Shown: positions 55,720 to 64,000 of the stretch, one piece after another | Layout of the letters: every line of letters begins with the position of its first letter | Position numbering within the stretch: position 1 is the first letter of the stretch | From: Octopus sinensis | Lineage: Eukaryota | Assembly (NCBI RefSeq): GCF_006345805.1 | Contig: NC_043010.1 | Span: forward strand, 7,502,001-7,566,000 | DNA: 64,000 bases | Direction of reading: 5' to 3' | Notes under the pieces: generated by a model | What the model was told of the DNA's origin: nothing | What the model saw: the letters and a program-made list of their open reading frames with translations, nothing else | The model's database searches: none | Made by a program: the position numbers and the translations under genes

Positions 55720-55962
55720 AGTAGTTGGCATTTGGAAGGACATCCAGCTGTAAAAACTATGCCAAAATTGACCTTGGCTGTGCTGGTGCCATGTGAAAAG
55801 CTTTCAGTTCATTCTGTTGGGTGGTTGGTGTTAGGAAGGACATCCAGCCATAAAAACCATGCCAAAACACACAGAATCTTCTGCTTGGACAGCTCTTGTC
55901 AAACCGTCCAACCCATGCCAGAATGGAAGACAAATGTAACACGATGATGATGATGATGATGA
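55720..55962 (+). mobile_element. Family B-related, degenerate
   Basis: ggaaggacatccagc...ccgtccaacccatgcc...(GAT)n. Confidence 0.65.
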
Positions 55963-56907
55963 TTCACTTTGTCAAAATGCTACAGAATAGAGATGCAAAC
56001 AAACCAACATTGGTTGTCAAGCAACAGGACACACGCATACGCACACATGATAGGTTTCTACTTCTACAACAGAAGACACTCACATAAGATACCACATGAC
56101 GAGATTCAACCTGAAACCTCACGGTTGTGAACTTCTTAACCATGAAGCCATAACTGCTACAATAAGTGTACTGACAGTAACTTATACAAGTACAATGAAC
56201 TTAAGCCAGATGGTACATACTTATGAGGATGCGTGTTCATGTGCATGCAGGAATGTATGAAATGCATATATGTAATGAGTAAAGATATGGCAACTGTTGT
56301 ATTGATGAGGCTTAATGAGACAGAAACATGTGACTGTAGCCACCTGCCTTTTGTTTCCAGATAAAACATTCCAACTTTCTCTACAAGAATGCTTATTCTG
56401 GAAAATGTTTCATTGTCTCTTATTCCCTTTTCAGTCAGTTACAGTTACCACCAGACATTCGTTTGCAGTTTCTCAAAGCAAAAAAATAATTTCAGTTAAC
56501 CAAGTATTTAATTAGTATAGTATTTAAAATATCTCTTTTCATCTGTGTATGTATATATGTGTATATCTACACACAAATGTATGTGTATATATATATATAT
56601 GTAAGTACCTCCCCCCCCCCCCACACACACACACACGTGTTTGTGTGTGAATGTATATGTATGCACATATGTATTTCGTATAGGCCAGCAAGTCCAGTGC
56701 TGAACTGGTATTTATTTTGTCAAACCCCAAAACGATGAATGGCAAAGATGAATGACTTCAGCAGAATAAAATTGAAATGAAACCTTGATAACAGACTTGG
56801 AGATAGGTGCTGCTCAGCCCTTCAGAAAAGGAATGTACTAAGTGGACCCATTTTTGGCATCAATCCATTTGGTCACATATTTTTTTGATACTAGAAATTA
56901 ACATATA

Positions 56908-57306
56908 GGCGTAGGAGTGGCTGTGTAGTAAGTAGCTTGTTTACAAACCACATGGTTCCGGGTTCAGTCCCACTGTGTGGCACCTTGGACAAGTGTCTTC
57001 TACTATAGCCTCGGGTCGACCAAAGCCTTGTAAGTGGATTTGGTAGATGGATACTGAAAGAAGCCCATCGTATATAGTATGTATATATGTGTGAGTGTAT
57101 ATGTTTGTATTTATGTTTGTCCCCACCAACATCACTTGACAACTGACGCTGGTGTGTTTACCTCCCTGTAACTTAGCGGTTTGGCCAAAGAGACCGATAG
57201 AATAAGTACTAGGCTTACAAAGAATAAGTCAATTTGTTCGACTAAAGGCAGTGCTCCAGCATGGCCACAGTCAAATGACTGAAACAAGTAAAAGAGCAAA
57301 AGAGAG
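56908..57306 (+). mobile_element. SINE family A
   Basis: Homology to family A. Confidence 0.9.
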
Positions 57307-57831
57307 AGGAAAGAGTATGTTTTAATAATTAGTTATTAACCAAAAGTTTAAGTAAAAAGAGATATATAAAAATTTACCTATATATGTATGTATTAGTATG
57401 TACTCAAAAGCATTGCTTTAATTTGCGCAAAGCTTGGAGCTAAAAAAAATAACATTATATCATTTTGTAGTATCAATTCTTGAATTTAAGATTATGTAGA
57501 ATAAAAATTATCTATCCACATGAAAATTTTTGCTGAATCTTCATTTTGCAATGAAGAGTTAAATCTTACACTTAAATGGAAGCACCAAAAATTCACCTGA
57601 CACCATCAGATATTTAATTTCTGCTAAATGCAAGCAAGCTACATGGTAAAGAAGTTTGCTTCGGAAGCTACATGGTTTCCTTTCAGTTCTGCAGCACAAC
57701 CAGTACTTTGGACAAATACCATTGAGCAATTGTCTGAGATTGGTCAGTGCCATATAAGGGATATCCCATAGATAGAAACTGTATGAAAGCCTGCTTGCTT
57801 CTATGTATGTGTGTGTAAACACTATATATAT

Positions 57832-57953
57832 ATAATTTACAATATAAGGGCAAAAGAAGACGCATAAATTATAATGGTTAATTGACAATTTTTGTCTTTT
57901 TTTTGGCATATTTGGCATCAGAATTTTTCTTTTGCCCTTATATTGTAAATTAT
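57832..57953. repeat. 122-bp element with perfect 27-bp inverted repeats
   Basis: ATAATTTACAATATAAGGGCAAAAGAA at 57832-57858 and its reverse complement at 57927-57953. Confidence 0.8.
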
Positions 57954-58060
57954 TTATAAAATTAACCTTTAAAGGTATTTTTTGATATGCTGGCCATTGA
58001 TAAAATTTTTTTCCTGAAAAAAATTTTATTCTACATTAGTTACATATATATATATATATA

Positions 58061-58275
58061 TACTCTTTTTACTCTTTTACTTGTTTCAGTCATTTGATTC
58101 AGTCATTTGACTGTGGCCATGCTGGAGCACCGCCTTTAGTCAAGCAAATCGACCCCAGGAGTTATTCTTTGTGAGCCTAGTACTTATTCTATCGGTCTCT
58201 TTTGCTGAACCGCTAAGTTACGGGGACGTAAAAACACCAGCATCGGTTGTCAAGCGATCTTGGGGGGGACAAACA

Positions 58276-58337
<62 letters not shown>

Positions 58338-58500
58338 CGATGAGCTTCTTTCAGTTTCCGTCTACCAAATCCACTCACAAGTCTTTGGTCAGCCCGAGGC
58401 TATAGTAGAGGACACTTGCCCAAGATGCCATGCAGTCGGACTGAACCTGGAACCATGTGGTTCGTAAGCAAGCTACTTACCACACAGCCACTCCTGCGCC
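58061..58500 (-). mobile_element. SINE family A, full length
   Basis: Homology to family A. Confidence 0.9.
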
Positions 58501-59029
58501 TATATAATCATCTTTTAACTTCCACGTGCCATTGTGGAACACACACACACACCACGCACACACACATACATATACACATATATATATATAATTTGATAAC
58601 AGTTTGACTGAAATCCATGTCTAAAAGTCTCATTGGCTCCTTCCCTCATATCATTGTTCACTTATTTAGATTCTTTCAAGAAAAAGGAATTAAGTTCCAC
58701 TCAAAATACTAAGGTTAATATAATCAACTAAGAAAATTCTTGAAAGTGGTGCTTCCAACTTGTTCACAGCCCTTTAACTGAAACCAGTAGAAGACAAAAA
58801 TAAATGTGAAATATACCTTTGAATCTTTCCGTTTCCTTTCAACCTAAAGATGAGACAAAGTGAGGGGCCAGTATATAAGTTGTTCAATCTGCAAGAAATA
58901 GTGGCTAAAATTCCCTCAAAATCACTTCTAAGAGTTTTTAAAAGAATAACACATTTGATAGTGTAGTCCCATGTGAACTATGCCTAAATAAAGGACAGGT
59001 CAGGCACAACTGAAATATTTTTGCTCATA

Positions 59030-59442
59030 GGCACAGGAGTGGCTGTGTGGTAAGTAGCTTGTTTACCAACCACATGGTTCCGGGTTCAGTCCTACTGCAT
59101 GGCACCTTCGGCAAGTGTCTTCTACTATAGCCTCAAGTCGACCAAAGCCTTGTGAGTGGATTTGGTAGACGGAAACTGAAAGAAGCCCGTTGTATATATG
59201 TATATATATATGTATGTGCGTGTATGTTTGTGTGTCTGTGTTTGTCCCCCTAGCATTGCTTGACAACCGATGCTGGTGTGTTTATGTCCCCGTCACTTAG
59301 CCGTTCGGCAAAAAAGTCCGATAGAATAAGTACTGGGCTTACAAAGAATAAGTCCCGGGGTCGAGTTGCTCGATTAAAGGCGGTGCACCTACATGGCCGC
59401 AGTCAAATGACTGAAATAAGTAAAAAGAGAAAGAGAAAGAGA
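59030..59442 (+). mobile_element. SINE family A, full length
   Basis: Homology to family A. Confidence 0.9.
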
Positions 59443-59524
59443 TATGTTGGACTACATATAGGACTAAACATCTACAACTATAACAATATCACCAACAACT
59501 AAATACATCTATGTTTATATAGTA

Positions 59525-59915
59525 CTAGCAGTATCGCCTGGCGTTGCTCGGGTTTGTAAGGGAAATAACTATATAAGCATTTTTAGAGAGTTATAGCCAA
59601 AAAATAGCAAAAAATGCATTAAAAATGGGAAAAAAATTATGGTAATTTTTTTTTTAAATCGTTGACTCATCGTAGACATTTTTAGAGAGTTACTTCCCTT
59701 AGCGAAAAAAATTCATTAAAATGGAAAAAAATGATGGTAAATTTTTTTTTAAATCGTAGACTCATCGTAGACATGCACTAATATCCAGAAGAGCTCGATA
59801 TGAATCACGACTATAAGATACCCGGTTTTGGTTAAACTGCACCGCAAAATGTGGGAGTAGTTAGGAATCTAAATCGTAGGAGACAGACACACAACTTCTC
59901 TTTTATATATAAAGA
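59525..59915 (-). mobile_element. Non-autonomous Helitron (391 bp)
   Basis: Minus strand starts TC and ends CTAG after a GC-rich hairpin-like cccgagcaacgccagg. Inserted between A and T with no TSD. Contains an internal two-unit duplication. Confidence 0.78.
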
Positions 59916-60670
59916 TTACATACATATTCAAAATACTACGCGATAATTTTAATCAATGAAGCATCGATGTTTAGAAGTTAGGTTCAATCTTGAGCTAAAA
60001 TGCAATTTTACTCTATCCTCATTTTCCTGCTGAAATATTACAAAAAACCCGAAAATCTGAGTTAATGTATTTGGTCCGAATCATTTGAAATATTGTAAGT
60101 AGTTCTGGCTTGTCAGTCAGTGGAAGTGTAAAGTAAAATTATTGCAGTCATGAATTGATGTTCTGTCATCTTAAATAAAATACAGTTTGACAATACTTAT
60201 TAATTTTACAGCCTAACTCTCTGAAATATTATTATAATAGAACATAATATAATATATATATTCTAAGAAACGGAAAGGAAAAAAAATAAAGATGGTTCAA
60301 AATAATTCCATAACCATCTAATATTTTTCGTTCTAATCCCCGTTAATCCTCTTCAACTGTCAGTGATAATTTGTAACCTTATTGTCAAAATATAACATTG
60401 ATGAATTTCTTTGTTTATTATCTGAAAAGTAAATAAATAACATTAACCGGGGATTATTTTAACTCCTAAGAATGATTGACATGGAACAAATGTTACTTTA
60501 TTGTCAAAAATTTATCAAAGATAATCTGTCATTGTCAACGTATCAAATAATTATGAGGAATAAATTCTCACAACACAGGGCCTATATCATAATTATTATT
60601 ATCATTATTATTATAATTATTATTATTATTATTATTATACCATCATCAGCACCATCACCAACACCACCAC

Positions 60671-60724
<54 letters not shown>

Positions 60725-61908
60725 AAAACAAGGGGAACAAATATCTTTATCTCATCTAATTTCACAGAAATATTTATATTAAATTTCAAAACAGTTTATC
60801 TAATTACAGTAGAAGAAGATTCCTTTTACAGATTCAGAATTATTATCTGATTACACCAAATACTCTATTTCTATTTCAATTATAATAAACTTATCTTATT
60901 CATCCGGAATATCTCATTTCAAACACTAGCCTCCTCATCATTTCACATCACTAAATTATTTTGTTTTCTATATAAGAATCTGCTACCTTTCTACTCTCAT
61001 TAATATTTCCTTTCGCATGCAACGAAATGTTATCTAAACCCTTAAAATATTTCATTGGAAATTTCCGTGTTAAGAATATTTTTTATTTCAACTTATAAGT
61101 TATCTCTCATTTCCCCAGAATATTTTATACCGAATTATCTGTTATCTCATTCTTATTTGGAATATATCATTTTTATTTTCATTTTCCCCCAATTTTTTTT
61201 TTGTTAATTTAGGAAGATTAAATATTTCTTTTTCCCAAAATATTTCATTTCAAATTGTAAAATATGTTATCTCAATAATTTCCAATAAAGTTTAAGTCAG
61301 TTTGATCGTAATATATTGATCTGCAGGCAATTTTATTACTGTTTTTATATCTGTTTTCGACTGATCAACTTTTTCTAACTCAGTTTATTTCCTTTTCAAT
61401 AACCCCAAATTACAGCAGATAATATTTATCAAGTAGCCTTTCTCTCAATCACATGGGTTTCCCCGCTGATTCTTCATCATAGTATCACAGCCATTGCATC
61501 AGTCTTTGAGTCAACTGACATGAGCTTGCATTAAAAAAATGGAACCTGATAGGAATAAGCTCAGCTCTTCTTTCTCTCCCACTCTCTCACTCTCCCCTCT
61601 CTCTTTTTCACCCTACAGACCTACCTACACTTACCTCTCTTTATCTGCCTTTCATTATATGTGTGTGTGTGTGTATTTGTGTGTGTGTGTGTGTGTGTGT
61701 GCATGTGTGTATGTGTGAGAGAGAGTGTGTGTGTGTGTGTATATATATATATATGTATATATATATATAATGTGACTAAGACTGCTGACACACCTACATT
61801 GCTAGTGGCGATGACTGACTTTTTCCTTTATGATATCACATTGCGCATAAGCTGTTTATATTAATTTATATGTGTGTGTGTGTGTGTATGTATGCATGTA
61901 TGTATGTA

Positions 61909-61978
<70 letters not shown>

Positions 61979-62335
61979 TACACATATATATATTATATAT
62001 ATACATATATATTATATATATACATATATATATATAACACACACACATATATTATCTATATGCATATATATATGTATATATATTCATATTTATATATATA
62101 TGTAAAAATGCATACATACATACATACATACATATCTTAAGAAATTAAGCTTCTTGAAACCAGAAAGGAGAAAACTGATTTGAAGACTACAGATCCAAAC
62201 CATCCCTAGAACAGTAAAAATCGGTAAAATTTTCCAGAAGTTTATCATTTAAGTATATCCGAGCATATCTAGACCTGCGACTATATGCATGAGAATACAT
62301 AAAACAAAACATACAAACCTGCACATATACATTCA

Positions 62336-62830
62336 TACAGGGTGAACCCCACCCAAAAAAGAAAAAAACAGAACCCATAAAAATTTTATTAAATCTTACA
62401 AAGGTGCAGCAACTTTGGACTTAAACTTCTGTCTGTGTACAATTATTCTCCTTGCATAAAAGTCATGCTCTTTTCAAAATCTATTCCAAATGGCATATAT
62501 CATGCAACTACTTGCATACGTCACGCAAAATTGTCAATTACTCGATCACGTTCCTCTTTGAGGATTTCCCTGGTTTCTGCTGCGATTGCTGCCTTCAGTT
62601 CACCAATCATTTGAGGGTTGTTCTGGCAAGCATTATCCTTGAGATACTCCCCACAGATAAAAATCGAGGGTGGGGAAGGTGGTTCAAGTCTGGTGAATGC
62701 GGTGTCCACTCAGTGTTACACTTCCTGCTGATCAGTCTCTCCTGAAATCACTCTCTCAACCAGGCTAGGGAGTCATTTGATGTGTGTGGAGTGGCCCTTC
62801 TCTTGCTGGAACCACTGTTTCTCTCGATCT
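62336..62830 (-). mobile_element. Tc1/mariner-superfamily transposase remnant with terminal end
   Basis: Minus-strand translations QWFQQEKGHSTH (decayed WFQQDGA..H) and SPPSIFICGEYLKDNACQNNPQMIGELKAAI...VIDNFA; TA-CAGGGTG terminus. Confidence 0.78.
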
Positions 62831-63034
62831 ATCCTTCTGCATCGTTTTATTCAAATGGTTTTATGCAAAGATTTGTGGGTTCTGTTTTGTTTTTTCGGGG
62901 TGAGGGTCACCCTGTACATACATACAAAAATACCCTGTTGTTGATGATGAAATTCCCAAGAAAGAGCCTTGGATCTAGATTAGAAACTGACTCTTTTTCT
63001 ATTGACAAGAAATCTTGAAATAAAACTGAATAAT

Positions 63035-63094
63035 GACATACATACATACATACATACATACATACATACATGCATGCATGCATGCATACATACA

Positions 63095-63128
<34 letters not shown>

Positions 63129-63178
63129 CATACATACATGCATGCATACATACATATATACATACATGCATACATACA

Positions 63179-63212
<34 letters not shown>

Positions 63213-63414
63213 CATACATACATGCATGCATACATACATACACACATGCATACATACATATATACATACATACATACATGCATGCATGCATACATACATA
63301 CATATATACATACATGCATACATACATACATACATACATACATACATACATACATACATACATACATACATACATGCATACATATATACATACATACATA
63401 CATGCATACATACA

Positions 63415-63446
<32 letters not shown>
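63035..63446. repeat. (CATA)n tetranucleotide array with CATG/TATA variants
   Basis: Direct reading. Confidence 0.95.
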
Positions 63447-63518
63447 AGTGGAACTGGAGTACACTTATTTGCAACTCTTTTATTATGCTCTTTTCTTTCC
63501 CCTGTATTCCTCCTCCTC

Positions 63519-63554
<36 letters not shown>

Positions 63555-63855
63555 TTTTCCTTGCAATGTTAGCAATATTTGAACCACAGCATATGTTGCA
63601 GACAGGTAAATAATGTCCTTCTAAATGTTAACTGTAGTAAGGCAGTATTGGACTGATGATGTACAATAAGGGAGCAGGGAACTAAGTTTAACCTTTCTTG
63701 TTAAAACTATATTGCAACACAAAGAACTAAACTAAGGCCTGCTTATTGTTCTGAGTATTTAAGTTGGAAGTGTACTTAACAAATTAGTGTACTTAAGAAA
63801 TTATTTAATATTCTTGTAGTCCATGTAAAGTTTATGGTTCTTTTAGGATACACAG

Positions 63856-64000
63856 AAGGAGATGCTGAAATGTTCCTGGCTCTGGATAAAAGAAAATACA
63901 GGAAGATCACTTAATTATGATTTTATTGAACATATTCCCCTCTCAGATTCAAACGCTTGTTGCAGTGGCCCTTCAGTTTTTCAAAATCCTGTAAAAGAAC
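63856..64000 (-). mobile_element. Mariner-like transposon 3' end remnant (runs off the window)
   Basis: Minus-strand translation LLQDFEKLKGHCNKRLNLRGEYVQ*; TIR-like gatgctgaaatgttcctggct; homologous to 26371-26520. Confidence 0.78.

Noticed and set aside
62907-63613. Multiple 125-203 aa ORFs (HTYI/MYVC repeats)
   Set aside because: Translations of (CATA)n.

Overview
This is strongly AT-rich eukaryotic genomic DNA made mostly of microsatellites, SINEs and transposon relics. The SINE sequences and repeat landscape look like a coleoid cephalopod, probably Octopus (inferred from pattern recognition, not a database hit). Almost every ORF in the supplied track is a microsatellite or SINE artefact. 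Recognisable coding relics are two RTE-clade RT C-termini, an R4/Dong restriction-like endonuclease fragment, and Tc1 and mariner transposase fragments. There is also a 177-bp orphan 18S rRNA fragment, piggyBac-type MITEs with TTAA TSDs and a non-autonomous Helitron. Two phase-compatible candidate exons of an unidentified minus-strand host gene are missed by the ORF track (26049-25890 and 18503-18214). The most interesting signal is a 277-bp near-perfect palindrome (28997-29273) whose arms each fold into a Penelope-type minimal hammerhead ribozyme with a compensatory G3:C8 core (GUGAACA instead of CUGANGA). Also notable are a canonical-core hammerhead at 11414-11465, a triple-tandem SINE joined at TACC microhomology, a fold-back SINE, and a retroposon family tied to (AAT)n arrays. 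SINE family labels A-F are my own working names, and boundaries of degenerate repeats are approximate.
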